64,000 bases of DNA from Hadesarchaea archaeon (GTDB lineage Archaea; Hadarchaeota; Hadarchaeia; Hadarchaeales; Hadarchaeaceae). Shown here in pieces: positions 39,604 to 49,040 of the stretch (the stretch's first letter is position 1; each line of letters starts with the position of its first letter). The position numbers and the translations under genes are program-made. A model generated the notes under the pieces. The model was not told the DNA's origin, ran no database searches, and saw nothing but the letters and a program-made list of their open reading frames with translations. The DNA lies in assembly GCA_004375695.1 (NCBI GenBank), contig SOKQ01000021.1:11505-75504 (forward strand). Reading direction: 5' to 3'.

Positions 39604-40533
39604 ATGAAAGTTCTGGTAACTGGAGGTGCTGGTTTTATTGGTTCACATTTGGTCGACGAACTTCTAGCTAGGGGCCACTCCGTTACAGTGCTTGACGACC
39701 TCTCCAGCGGCACCATGGACAACTTGAAAACTCACACAGGCGAGCCTGCTTTCCGATTCATCCAAGGCGATATCAGGGATGCCGAAGCGGTCGAACGGGC
39801 TTTGGCGGGGGTCGATGCCGTCATCCACGAGGCGGCGATGATGAGTGTGCCCCTCTCGATCGAGGACCCGGAGCTCGCTCAGAGCGTGAACGTTGATGGG
39901 ACGCTGGCGCTGCTCAAAGCCAGCTTGGGGCATGGTGTCAAGCGATTCGTCTACGCTTCGTCCTGTGCGGTCTACGGCGAACAGGCCGAACTCCCGATAA
40001 ACGAGGATGCGCCACCCCAACCGCTTTCACCTTACGCCAGCTCGAAACTCGCGGCTGAGAAAAACTGTCTGGCCTTCCATGAGCGGGAGGGGCTGGAGAC
40101 CGTTTGCCTGCGCTATTTCAACGTATACGGGCCAAGACAAACTTTCGGTGAATATGCGGGCGTAATGATGAAATTCCTCGAATGTCTCCGCACCGACCAA
40201 CCACCGATCATTTACGGCGACGGCGAACAGACGCGGGATTTCATCTTCGTGGGTGATGTTGCCGAGGCGACCTTGCTTGCCCTCGAGCGGAAAGGCGTGG
40301 CGGGAGAGGTAATGAACATCGGAACGGGAGAGGCGACGAGCATCAACAAACTTTGCGAGGTGTTCTTGAGGTTGGTTGGTAAGAGCGAACTAAAGCCAAT
40401 CTACGAGGTTCCCCGGGGTGGCGACATCAAGCACAGTCTGGCCGATATCACGAAAGCTAGGAAGCTCCTAAGTTTCAAACCAAAGACCTCGCTCGAAGAG
40501 GGGATTAAAAAATTGCTGGGGGGCCTCGAGTGA
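39604..40533 (+). CDS. NAD-dependent epimerase/dehydratase (UDP-glucose 4-epimerase-like)
   Basis: MKVLVTGGAGFIGSHLV and YASSKLAAE (YxxxK). Divergently transcribed from the previous gene. Confidence 0.75.
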   Translation: MKVLVTGGAGFIGSHLVDELLARGHSVTVLDDLSSGTMDNLKTHTGEPAFRFIQGDIRDAEAVERALAGVDAVIHEAAMMSVPLSIEDPELAQSVNVDGTLALLKASLGHGVKRFVYASSCAVYGEQAELPINEDAPPQPLSPYASSKLAAEKNCLAFHEREGLETVCLRYFNVYGPRQTFGEYAGVMMKFLECLRTDQPPIIYGDGEQTRDFIFVGDVAEATLLALERKGVAGEVMNIGTGEATSINKLCEVFLRLVGKSELKPIYEVPRGGDIKHSLADITKARKLLSFKPKTSLEEGIKKLLGGLE

Positions 40534-41186
40534 AAGTCTGGGTAGTGATGCCAGCATACAACGAGGAGCGATCAATCGGGAGGGTGCTCGATGTTCTTAA
40601 GCGCGAGGGACGGCGCAACATCATCGTGGTGGACGACGGGTCGAGCGACCGAACCGCGGAAATCGCTCGCTCGAAGAGAGCACTTGTCATTCGTCATAAA
40701 AAGAATAGAGGGTTGGGGGCGGCGCTTCGAACTGGGCTAGCGAAGGCTCGAAAGCTGGGTGCGGACTGCGCTGTCACCTTCGACTCCGATGGGCAGCACG
40801 ACCCGAAAGCAGTCGGACTTCTAGTCAAGGCCCTAAACGACGCCGATCTCGTGATAGGGGTCCGGCGGCACTTGGGAATCCCGCTCCACAAGCGCCTCGG
40901 CAACTTCGGCCTGAACTTGATAACGTGGTTTTTCAGCGGGGTGCTTACGGACTCGCAATCTGGCTCGAGGGCTTTTAACAAGCGGGCGCTCAAGCGAATC
41001 CGTATCCGCAGCAATCGCTACGAGGTTTCGTCTGAGATTATTATTCAAGCGAGGCGGAAGGGGCTGAGGCTCCGGGAGGCGCCGGTCAAGTGTTTTTACA
41101 CCAAATACTCCAAAGCGCGAGGGACGACCATCGTCAGTGGGTTCAAGATTTTTTGGGCGCTGGTTAGGCAGGGGATGTCTAAATGA
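40530..41186 (+). CDS. glycosyltransferase family 2 (dolichyl-phosphate hexosyltransferase-like)
   Basis: VVMPAYNEE...IIVVDDGSSD GT-A DxD region, 218 aa. Confidence 0.7.
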   Translation: MKVWVVMPAYNEERSIGRVLDVLKREGRRNIIVVDDGSSDRTAEIARSKRALVIRHKKNRGLGAALRTGLAKARKLGADCAVTFDSDGQHDPKAVGLLVKALNDADLVIGVRRHLGIPLHKRLGNFGLNLITWFFSGVLTDSQSGSRAFNKRALKRIRIRSNRYEVSSEIIIQARRKGLRLREAPVKCFYTKYSKARGTTIVSGFKIFWALVRQGMSK

Positions 41187-42355
41187 ATATACTATACATC
41201 ACAGAAATTTACCCGGATCCCAAGCGAGGAATCGGCGTATGGGGCGGGGGGGAGCGACAATTCTATGAGATTTCCCGCCGGGTGGCCGACCGCGGACATA
41301 ACGTTACAATTTTAACGTGTCGTTTCCCCGGCCAGCCTGCCGAGGAGATTGTCGATGGTATGAAGATACATCGAATCGGGCTAAGCAGGAACCCAAAGAC
41401 CGGCGGTGCACGCAAGACCGTTCTGCCTATCTTTTCCTATATTATTAAGACGGCAAGACGAGCGATGAAATTGGCCCCTGACGTGATTCACTGCAACACG
41501 TACTTTCCAGTATACCCGGGCAAAATGGCGGCACGATCGAAAGGGGGACAGCCGGTGAGCACGTGCCACCACATCTCGGGCCTGCGGGGGGGGATGGAGC
41601 GCCAGCGCTCGCTGGTGTGGGGGTTGCTGGGACACCTCGCCACGACCATCGCCGCCCGACTGCCGCACGACCGAATAATCTCCGTTTCGCCGCAGTGCAG
41701 ACAAAAGCTGATTGATCTCGGCATCCGGGAAGACAAGATCACCGTGATCCCTAACGGAGTAGACTTGAAGCTCTTCGACTCAACTCGCGTGGAGAAAGTT
41801 CCTAACCAAATCCTGTATGTGGGGCGCCTGGTGGACTTCAAGCACGTGGACTGGCTCATTCAAGCATTTTCAGAGGTTTTGAAGGAGGTGCCTAGCGCCA
41901 AGCTGAAGATAGTCGGTGGAGGTCCCGAAAGAGGCAATCTAGAGGTGCTCGTTAAGAAGCTAGGTCTCCAGGCGCACGTCACTTTTACTGGTCTTACCCC
42001 AACCTACGATGCCGTGACGCGTTACTACAACGAGTCCGAGGTCTTCGTCTTGCCCAGCACAGTTGAGGGGGAAGCCATCGTGCTTAAGGAGGCGATGGCG
42101 GCGCGTCTGCCTCTTATAGCGATGAACATCCCCGGCTCCGGTGTCTTGAGCTTGATGCGGGACGGGAAAAATGGGTTCCTGCTCGAGCCTGGGCGACCGG
42201 AGCTCATCGCTGAGAAGCTGGTTCACCTCCTGCAGAATGAAGAATTGAGGAAAGAGATGGGGGCAGCGGGCAGAAAATTTGTTGAGAAGTACGATTGGGA
42301 TGTCATTGCCGAGCGAACCCTTCAGGTGTACCAAAAGGCGATAGAGGATAGGTGA
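41183..42355 (+). CDS. glycosyltransferase family 4
   Basis: GT-B fold with an E-x7-E region (EGEAIVLKEAMAARLPLIA). Confidence 0.75.
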   Translation: MNILYITEIYPDPKRGIGVWGGGERQFYEISRRVADRGHNVTILTCRFPGQPAEEIVDGMKIHRIGLSRNPKTGGARKTVLPIFSYIIKTARRAMKLAPDVIHCNTYFPVYPGKMAARSKGGQPVSTCHHISGLRGGMERQRSLVWGLLGHLATTIAARLPHDRIISVSPQCRQKLIDLGIREDKITVIPNGVDLKLFDSTRVEKVPNQILYVGRLVDFKHVDWLIQAFSEVLKEVPSAKLKIVGGGPERGNLEVLVKKLGLQAHVTFTGLTPTYDAVTRYYNESEVFVLPSTVEGEAIVLKEAMAARLPLIAMNIPGSGVLSLMRDGKNGFLLEPGRPELIAEKLVHLLQNEELRKEMGAAGRKFVEKYDWDVIAERTLQVYQKAIEDR

Positions 42356-43155
42356 TAGAGGTGCCCCTTCTCAGTGTTATTATGTCGGTTTTTAATGGGG
42401 AGAAATATGTTAAAGAAACGGTTGAGAGCATCCTAAATCAATCGTTCCGGGATTTCGAGTTCATAATAGTGAACGATGGCTCAACAGATGGGACGCCAAG
42501 GATATTGAGAAACTTTGATGATGATAGGATAAAAATAATTGATCAGGAAAACCAAGGGCCAGCGAAGGCGCGAAACAGAGCTATAAGGGTCTCGAAAGGG
42601 AAATACATCGGGATAATAGATTGCGGAGATGTAGCCTTTAAGAAAAAAATGGAAATACAAATAAATTTTCTTGAAAGAAATAAGGAGATTTATGGTGTAG
42701 GTGCTTGGGCCAATATCGTTGATGAAGACGGAAAAATAGTTGGAGTAATGGAGCAATCTACAGAATTTAAAGATATAAAGAAAACAATCCTAAAATCTAA
42801 CACATTCATACACTCCTCTATGGTGTTTAGGAGAAAGCTGTTTGATAAAATTGGACTTTACGATGAGTCATTCAAATTCGCTCATGACTATGATCTAGTA
42901 ATAAGAGCAGTAAGAAAATTCAAAATTGTTAACATACCGCAAGTTTTATTAAACTATCGGATTTCAGAGGAAAGCATCTCTTTTCAGAAGCGAAAACAAC
43001 AGTCGTATTATGCTTTGAAAATAAGAGCACGGGCTCTGGGTCATGGTTATCCTACGTGGCAGTGCATTTATCTTATAAGACCTTTCTTTTCTTTTCTAGT
43101 ACCAGCTGATTTGAAGAATGTTATCGTGAGGAGATTTTTGTGGCGCCCTCGTTAA
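42352..43155 (+). CDS. glycosyltransferase family 2
   Basis: LSVIMSVFNGEKYV...IIVNDGSTD GT-A motifs. Locally low GC. Confidence 0.7.
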   Translation: MIEVPLLSVIMSVFNGEKYVKETVESILNQSFRDFEFIIVNDGSTDGTPRILRNFDDDRIKIIDQENQGPAKARNRAIRVSKGKYIGIIDCGDVAFKKKMEIQINFLERNKEIYGVGAWANIVDEDGKIVGVMEQSTEFKDIKKTILKSNTFIHSSMVFRRKLFDKIGLYDESFKFAHDYDLVIRAVRKFKIVNIPQVLLNYRISEESISFQKRKQQSYYALKIRARALGHGYPTWQCIYLIRPFFSFLVPADLKNVIVRRFLWRPR

Positions 43156-43212
43156 CGTATTTCGTTTAAGCGATATGAAACTTTATCTGATAATGCGATA
43201 AAAATGTCCACC

Positions 43213-44250
43213 TCATTTTTTCTCTTGTACCAACGCTTTATTATAAATATTCATAATTTGTCTTGCACAAATATCCCATCTGAATCTTCTTTCAACCCTT
43301 TTTCTTCCTTTTTGTCCCATTTTTCGTGCTAGGGCCTTATCAGATAGAACGGTAAGTATTTTTTGAGATAGATCATTAGAATCCCCCGTTTGAAAAAAAA
43401 GCCCAGCATCTCCCACTACCTCTGGGGGGGATCCTTGATTCGACGCTACAACGGGGATTCCGCACGCCATCGCTTCGGTTAAAACATATCCGAAGCCTTC
43501 ACAGATAGAAGTAAATGCAAAAACATTAGCAGCGGCGTAATATTCATTTATCTTTTCAGCAAACGCTGGAAAGATTACAGAGCTTCTTAATTGCGGTGAA
43601 TTCTTAACAAAAGATTTAATATTTAATTTTAATGGCCCTTCGCCCAACATAATGAACTTAGCGCTTGGGTACTTGGGCAATATTAAAGGAATGGCATTTA
43701 AAAATGTAAATGGGTCTTTCCAAGGAATAAAACGTCCGACCCAAAGCATCACTGGATTATTTTTTAATCCCAATTTTTTTCTTATGTATCTCCCTGATAT
43801 CGATGGATTGAATTTGTTCAAATCTACTCCATGGTAAACGGTATATGTTTTTATTCCATAATTCTTCTTCAACCTAGAGGCGGCAAATTGGGAAATTGAG
43901 ATTACTGCACGTGCATTTCTTGAGATTAAAGAAGTTAATTTATGCTCAATAACATGAAAAAAGTCAACTTTTTTAGATAACCCATATTCGTATTTAAGAA
44001 GATCTTTAGCCCCAACTCCATGTACTGTAAAAATATATGGAATACCAAAAAACTTATTGATGACTAGGGGTTTTAGCCCATGGCATGCATAATTCACATG
44101 TATTATATCCGCATTTTGGAATTCGCGGATAAAATGAAATGGATGCCTTAATGAAAATTGTGCAAATTTGACCGTGTGTCCCCTTTTAGTAAATTCTTTT
44201 GCGAGTTGGATAGAATATTCCCCAGGTGAATTGGTTATCACTATATTCAA
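43213..44250 (-). CDS. glycosyltransferase family 4
   Basis: GT-B C-terminal EGFGYVLTEAMACGIPVV. Very AT-rich gene. Confidence 0.7.
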   Translation of the reverse strand: MNIVITNSPGEYSIQLAKEFTKRGHTVKFAQFSLRHPFHFIREFQNADIIHVNYACHGLKPLVINKFFGIPYIFTVHGVGAKDLLKYEYGLSKKVDFFHVIEHKLTSLISRNARAVISISQFAASRLKKNYGIKTYTVYHGVDLNKFNPSISGRYIRKKLGLKNNPVMLWVGRFIPWKDPFTFLNAIPLILPKYPSAKFIMLGEGPLKLNIKSFVKNSPQLRSSVIFPAFAEKINEYYAAANVFAFTSICEGFGYVLTEAMACGIPVVASNQGSPPEVVGDAGLFFQTGDSNDLSQKILTVLSDKALARKMGQKGRKRVERRFRWDICARQIMNIYNKALVQEKK

Positions 44251-44265
44251 ACGAAACTCCTCATG

Positions 44266-44913
44266 TTAAATTTTCTTCTTCAAAATAGCAACGAGTATTA
44301 ATGCATTAACTCGAGGAGGGAGAAGCATCCTGCAAAGATTTAGAAAAATCCTGCCTTTAAGACTCTTCGGTTTATCAACATGTCGAACATAATAAAGATT
44401 CTTAATTTTAAAGCCAAAGCGCTTCGCAAGTTCAGCTAATGTCTCACCGTTGTGCCATATTATATGCCCGGGACTCATTTTTACTTTCAAACCAAAAAGC
44501 CCTTTAGTACAAAAAGTAGCGTAGTATGCGTTTGGTGTGGATATCACTAGAACTCCATCATCTCTCAAGTGCCGGCGCATATTTTCTAGAAATAACCCCT
44601 GGTTATTTACATGCTCGATTACTTCACCTGCAACAATCACATCAAATTTTTTCTCTAAATGTATATTTTCTGCATTGCCTAGGACAACATTGTAGCCACG
44701 CGACCGCAGCCTTTTGATGTTTTTTTCATCGCAGTCCACGCCAATAACTTTCCAGGCAACACTGGCTATTCGCTCATGTAACTCTCCAGGCTTTTCAAAA
44801 TCCGCGCTATAACCTGCACAACCTACATCGAGCACTTCGCGTCCTTTACATAAAGGTAAAATGATATCCTCTCGCCTTTCAATGATTTTTTTATTGCCCT
44901 TTCGTTTGCTCAA
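44266..44913 (-). CDS. class I SAM-dependent methyltransferase
   Basis: VLDVGCAGY motif I and DVIVAGEVIEHV motif II/post-I. Confidence 0.65.
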   Translation of the reverse strand: MSKRKGNKKIIERREDIILPLCKGREVLDVGCAGYSADFEKPGELHERIASVAWKVIGVDCDEKNIKRLRSRGYNVVLGNAENIHLEKKFDVIVAGEVIEHVNNQGLFLENMRRHLRDDGVLVISTPNAYYATFCTKGLFGLKVKMSPGHIIWHNGETLAELAKRFGFKIKNLYYVRHVDKPKSLKGRIFLNLCRMLLPPRVNALILVAILKKKI

Positions 44914-45646
44914 GCTTATCAGCCTCTTTTAAAGATCCGAAAGTTCCTATGTCGTATCTTGCCCCCTTAAACAAAAAACCATAGATTGTTGCCCCATCTT
45001 CCTTCATCAGCTGTATGGAATCCGTTAGCCATATCTCGTTGTGTTTTCCAAGATTTGTTTTTTCGATATATTCAAAGACCACAGGTTTTAAAACAAGCAA
45101 TCCTGCAATACTGAGATAAATGTTCTCCATTTTGTAGGACTGCGCTTCCTCCAGCGTCGGCTTTTCGATTATCCCAAGAACCTTGTTGTTCGCATCAATT
45201 TTAACTATCCCAAATCTTCTGGGGTCCTTGACGGGGTGCAAGACAAGCGTTGCGTCAGCTCTCTTCTCTTCATGAAATTTTACTATTTCCTTCATGACCT
45301 CGTAGGGTTTGAGGTAGTTGTCCCCATAAATGACTACAAAGTCCTCATTGCCGATGAAATCCTTGCCTTGGTAAACTGCATGCGCCGTCCCCTTCAACTC
45401 CTCTTGGATCTTGTATGAAATGTCGACCCCAAGCCTCTCGCCGGAACCGAGATAATCCATAATCGCCTCTTTCTTCCGTCCAACCACGACCAGAATTTCC
45501 CCTATGCCACCGGCTTTCAAGACGTTTATTGCATGCTCGATTACCGGCTTAGTGCCGACCCTTATCATCTCCTTCGGAATCGCTAAGGTTAGAGGCCTCA
45601 ATCGCATCCCCTCGCCAGCTGCTAGGACAATCGCTCTTTTTATCAT
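44891..45646 (-). CDS. sugar-phosphate nucleotidyltransferase (glucose-1-P thymidylyl/uridylyltransferase-like)
   Basis: LAAGEGMRLRPLTLAIPKEM signature. Confidence 0.75.
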   Translation of the reverse strand: MIKRAIVLAAGEGMRLRPLTLAIPKEMIRVGTKPVIEHAINVLKAGGIGEILVVVGRKKEAIMDYLGSGERLGVDISYKIQEELKGTAHAVYQGKDFIGNEDFVVIYGDNYLKPYEVMKEIVKFHEEKRADATLVLHPVKDPRRFGIVKIDANNKVLGIIEKPTLEEAQSYKMENIYLSIAGLLVLKPVVFEYIEKTNLGKHNEIWLTDSIQLMKEDGATIYGFLFKGARYDIGTFGSLKEADKLEQTKGQ

Positions 45647-45654
45647 GCAGATAC

Positions 45655-46539
45655 CTACTCTCTAACACCTCTTTCGGCTTTGATACGTTCGTTTATCTCG
45701 GTGACCGCTTTCAAGAGCTTTGGCTCACAACTCAATTTCTCAGAAAAACTGATAAACGCATCTAAATCCTTTGGAAGGCATTTGCCCCCGAAAGCTTTTC
45801 CATGGATTGTCCCGTATTTGCCGATTCGCTTGTCCATCCCGGCAACTTTGGCAACTAAGTTTGAATCAATTCCCAATCTCTGGCAAATGTAGTAGATCTC
45901 ATTCCAATAGGAGATCCGGCTGGCCAAAGCACAGTTACATGCATATTTGATCATCTCAGCCGTTTGTAGATCGGTTCGGATAATCGGAACTTTTAATGGC
46001 TCATACAATGCTTGAAGGACATCTCCGGAACGCTTGTCGAACTCCCCGATTACCACCCTATCCTCGCTGAAGAAGTCCCGGGCATATGATTTGTTGTCGG
46101 TCCAAGATCGATGAATTTCAGTAAGGAACTCCGGATTCACACACACTCCGATATCGGGGCCAACCTTCTTACCTGAGTGTTCTTCCAAAAGCGGAATAAC
46201 CACTTTTTCTGTTGTCGTGGGTAGCACAGTACTCTTAACGACCACCACGTGATAATCATTTTTTTCTTTCAGACAACGGGCTAGATTTTCAGTTACGGAT
46301 CTAATGTAAGATAAGTCAATTTTCCGATCTTTTGTGGGTGTTGGGAGGCACAAGAATGAGATATCAGACTCGCGAATAGCGTTGCTCAGCTCAGTGGTGG
46401 AATCAAGGCCTGAATTGCGAAGATTTTGAACCTTTTTTTCATCGATATCGTAGAATATCACTCGGTTTCCGAACTCTTTGAAACCCCTGCCGACGATTGT
46501 TCCCACAATACCGCTGCCGAGAATACTAATTTTCGCCAT
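45655..46539 (-). CDS. NDP-sugar dehydrogenase (UDP-glucose/GDP-mannose dehydrogenase family), short form lacking C-terminal domain
   Basis: ILGSGIVG Rossmann start and central GGKCLPKD catalytic-Cys motif. Only 294 aa against the usual 400+. Confidence 0.6.
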   Translation of the reverse strand: MAKISILGSGIVGTIVGRGFKEFGNRVIFYDIDEKKVQNLRNSGLDSTTELSNAIRESDISFLCLPTPTKDRKIDLSYIRSVTENLARCLKEKNDYHVVVVKSTVLPTTTEKVVIPLLEEHSGKKVGPDIGVCVNPEFLTEIHRSWTDNKSYARDFFSEDRVVIGEFDKRSGDVLQALYEPLKVPIIRTDLQTAEMIKYACNCALASRISYWNEIYYICQRLGIDSNLVAKVAGMDKRIGKYGTIHGKAFGGKCLPKDLDAFISFSEKLSCEPKLLKAVTEINERIKAERGVRE

Positions 46540-46582
46540 TCGTACACCCTTGTTATCGTATCTTCTAGCTTTTAATTAAAGT

Positions 46583-46783
46583 CTATTTCCCGATAAAGTT
46601 CCCAGCAGCCTTGACCAGCCACCCAGGCATCGGCACTATCCGCGCTATGAGCTTCAGATCGTCCTTCGTCACCGCTTTTGTTGCCAGGACCCACACCCCG
46701 TAGAATAGGAGGCTCGGTATCATGACGGCAAATGCTTCACGCCAGAGTGGCAGCACTAGATCCTCTCCCATGATTTCCCCCAC
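46583..46783 (-). pseudogene. duplicated 3' fragment of the Wzx-like flippase gene (about 51 C-terminal codons)
   Basis: Translation EAFAVMIPSLLFYGVWVLATKAVTKDDLKLIARIVPMPGWLVKAAGNFIGK is about 85% identical to the C-terminus of the 47376..48965 product. Confidence 0.6.
46590..46760. repeat. direct repeat copy 1 (about 170 bp, about 90% identical to 47383..47553)
   Basis: Nucleotide alignment by eye: catcggcactatccgcgctatgagc.tcagatcgtc.ttcgtcac.gcttttgttgc.aggacccacaccccgtagaa. Confidence 0.65.
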
Positions 46784-46837
46784 GATGTCGGGTCGAGCTT
46801 TCAGTAGATTTTATAGGCAACGGCAGACGAACAACCT

Positions 46838-47068
46838 TTGGTGTGGGAAATGAAAAAAAGATTTAACATCGTTATCGAAAGAGACGAAGATGGATATTAC
46901 GTGGCTTCGGTGCCCGAGTTACCGGGTTGCCATACCCAAGCTAAGAGCTTAGACGAACTGACCGCGCGTATGGACGAGGCAATCAAATTGTACCTCGAAG
47001 TTGAAAAAGAGGCTATTGATGTCAGCACTGAATTTGTTGGCGTGCAGGTAGTAGAGGTATCCATCTGA
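46838..47068 (+). CDS. hicB: HicB-family antitoxin (UPF0150)
   Basis: FNIVIERDEDGYYVASVPELPGCHTQAKSLDEL core. Confidence 0.75.
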   Translation: MVWEMKKRFNIVIERDEDGYYVASVPELPGCHTQAKSLDELTARMDEAIKLYLEVEKEAIDVSTEFVGVQVVEVSI

Positions 47069-47295
47069 GACTCAAACCCCTCTCAGCAGAAAAAGTCATT
47101 AAAGTTTTAGAAAAGATCGGTTTCAAAAGAGTGAGGCAAAAGGGAAGTCATCTTTTTCTCAAACACTTGGATGGGCGAATTACTGTAGTACCGATTCATA
47201 AGGGTGAGGAAATTGGGCGCGGTTTGTTGAGGAAGATAGTCAGGGATTCCAAGCTAACTAGGGAAGAATTTCTGAAATTTATTGAGGAAGTTTAG
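47065..47295 (+). CDS. hicA: HicA-family toxin (YcfA-like), no canonical start codon found
   Basis: Frame translates LKPLSAEKVIKVLEKIGFKRVRQKGSHLFLKH...V, a HicA fold. It overlaps the hicB stop. No in-frame ATG/GTG/TTG follows the upstream stop at 47029, so the start is unclear. Confidence 0.55.
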   Translation: MRLKPLSAEKVIKVLEKIGFKRVRQKGSHLFLKHLDGRITVVPIHKGEEIGRGLLRKIVRDSKLTREEFLKFIEEV

Positions 47296-47375
47296 CTGCG
47301 GATCCGATTTCAAGAAAAAAGCTACACGGAACGGAGATCGTCGTTTCTAAGCAATAAACGTCCATTACGAACTAG

Positions 47376-48965
47376 TCACCTCCCAACAAATCTCCCAGCA
47401 GCCCTGACCAGCCACTCGGGCATCGGCACTATCCGCGCTATGAGCCTCAGATCGTCTTTCGTCACTGCTTTTGTTGCTAGGACCCACACCCCGTAGAACA
47501 CGAGGCTCGGTATCACTACCACAAATGCCTCCGGCCAAGGTGACAGCACCAAGACGGATTTGAGTCCAAAAATGATGAGCAATGTGAGCACCCCCCCAGT
47601 TACCGTTTTGAGCAGCGATAAAGCCGGCACGGTGAATTTAACGAGCTTCCGCGCGTAATAGAACATCAGGACTAGGCCGAGCGTGTAGGCGGAGAAGGTC
47701 GCTATCGCTGCTCCTTCGATTCCATAAGTCGGGATCAACACCAGGTTTCCCGCTAGGTTCAGCCCGGCCATCAGGGCAACGACTTTTGTGTTGATAATCG
47801 GCTTGCCTATCCCATTTATGGTGCTCACGAGGATGGCGTATAGCATGTAAACGATTGCGGCCCCGGCGAGAATCTGGAGAACCGTTGTCCCGGCCAAGTA
47901 TCTCGAGCCGAACAGCAGGTTGATAACTATGTCTGGAAACGCTATGAAGACGAGCGCCGCCGGGATGATTAAAATAAATGAAAATTTGATCAGAAAGTGT
48001 AGCGCGTTCCTCAAGAGTTTCCGCTCGCGCCTCGCCCAGAGCTCGGATATCATCGGAAAGAGAACGACCACCAAGGGGGTCACGAGGTACCACAGGATGC
48101 GAGCGGCCGGCTGCGCGGTCTGGTAGAAGCCGACCTGTTTCGAGGACCAAAAACCGGCGATCATCAGGGTATCCGTGTAGCCGATGATAAGTCCCCCAAG
48201 TCCACCGATGAAAACCGGCAGCGCAAACACGAACAGCTTTTTGATCAGTGATTTTGTAATCTGGACTTTTTCCTTGATGACTCGGGGATAGCCCCTCCAG
48301 AAGAGGAAAAACCCGAGAACCGCCACGACCGATAAAGCGAGCATATAGGCGTAAGCGGCTCCCTCGATACCGATACCGAACAGGCCGACGAGGAGGATCG
48401 CCGAGAGTAAAACGAAGAATATTTCAAAGAAACTCATCAACGCATACGCCGGCATGTTCTGAAAGCCCTGAAATGTCCACCTGAAAGTGAAGGAAAAAAT
48501 CGCCACGAAGAACCAGATGCTCAAAATTTTGACCACGAGCGACGCATTTGCCATCCCGACAATAGCCAGATCGGCAGGGCTGGAAAATGCGAGGACAATC
48601 TGATCGGAAAATACGAACAACATCACTGCGACCAAAAACGCGAGGATTGCCTGGAAGAGCAGGATAAATGTCATGGACGATTTTATTCTGCCGTACTGCC
48701 CCCTGAGCTTGAACTCGGGGATGTGCTTCACCACGGCCGAACCCAGGCCAAAATCACGGAAGAGCGCGAAGAAGGAGACCAACGCGATGGCCGTGTAAAA
48801 AAAGCCGTACTCTTCAACGCTGAACGAACGTGCGAGGAACATTCGCAGCAGGAACGCTATGAAGCCCGATGCGATGAGCGCCACGAAAACTATGGCACTG
48901 CCCTTGACCAGGCGCCTAGCGTAGCTTTTGGGGTCGGGCATTTCATCCTCCTCGAACGGTTCCAC
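47376..48965 (-). CDS. polysaccharide biosynthesis protein, Wzx-like MOP flippase
   Basis: 529 aa, about 14 TM helices, MATE/Wzx-like pattern. Confidence 0.75.
   Translation of the reverse strand: MEPFEEDEMPDPKSYARRLVKGSAIVFVALIASGFIAFLLRMFLARSFSVEEYGFFYTAIALVSFFALFRDFGLGSAVVKHIPEFKLRGQYGRIKSSMTFILLFQAILAFLVAVMLFVFSDQIVLAFSSPADLAIVGMANASLVVKILSIWFFVAIFSFTFRWTFQGFQNMPAYALMSFFEIFFVLLSAILLVGLFGIGIEGAAYAYMLALSVVAVLGFFLFWRGYPRVIKEKVQITKSLIKKLFVFALPVFIGGLGGLIIGYTDTLMIAGFWSSKQVGFYQTAQPAARILWYLVTPLVVVLFPMISELWARRERKLLRNALHFLIKFSFILIIPAALVFIAFPDIVINLLFGSRYLAGTTVLQILAGAAIVYMLYAILVSTINGIGKPIINTKVVALMAGLNLAGNLVLIPTYGIEGAAIATFSAYTLGLVLMFYYARKLVKFTVPALSLLKTVTGGVLTLLIIFGLKSVLVLSPWPEAFVVVIPSLVFYGVWVLATKAVTKDDLRLIARIVPMPEWLVRAAGRFVGR
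47383..47553. repeat. direct repeat copy 2 (within 3' end of intact flippase gene)
   Basis: See copy 1. Confidence 0.65.
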
Positions 48966-49040
48966 CGTGATATCTGCCTAAATCATTAAAAATAGTGAGC
49001 CCGAGGGATTCATCTAAGCGGGAAACAGGCAATCAAGCTT

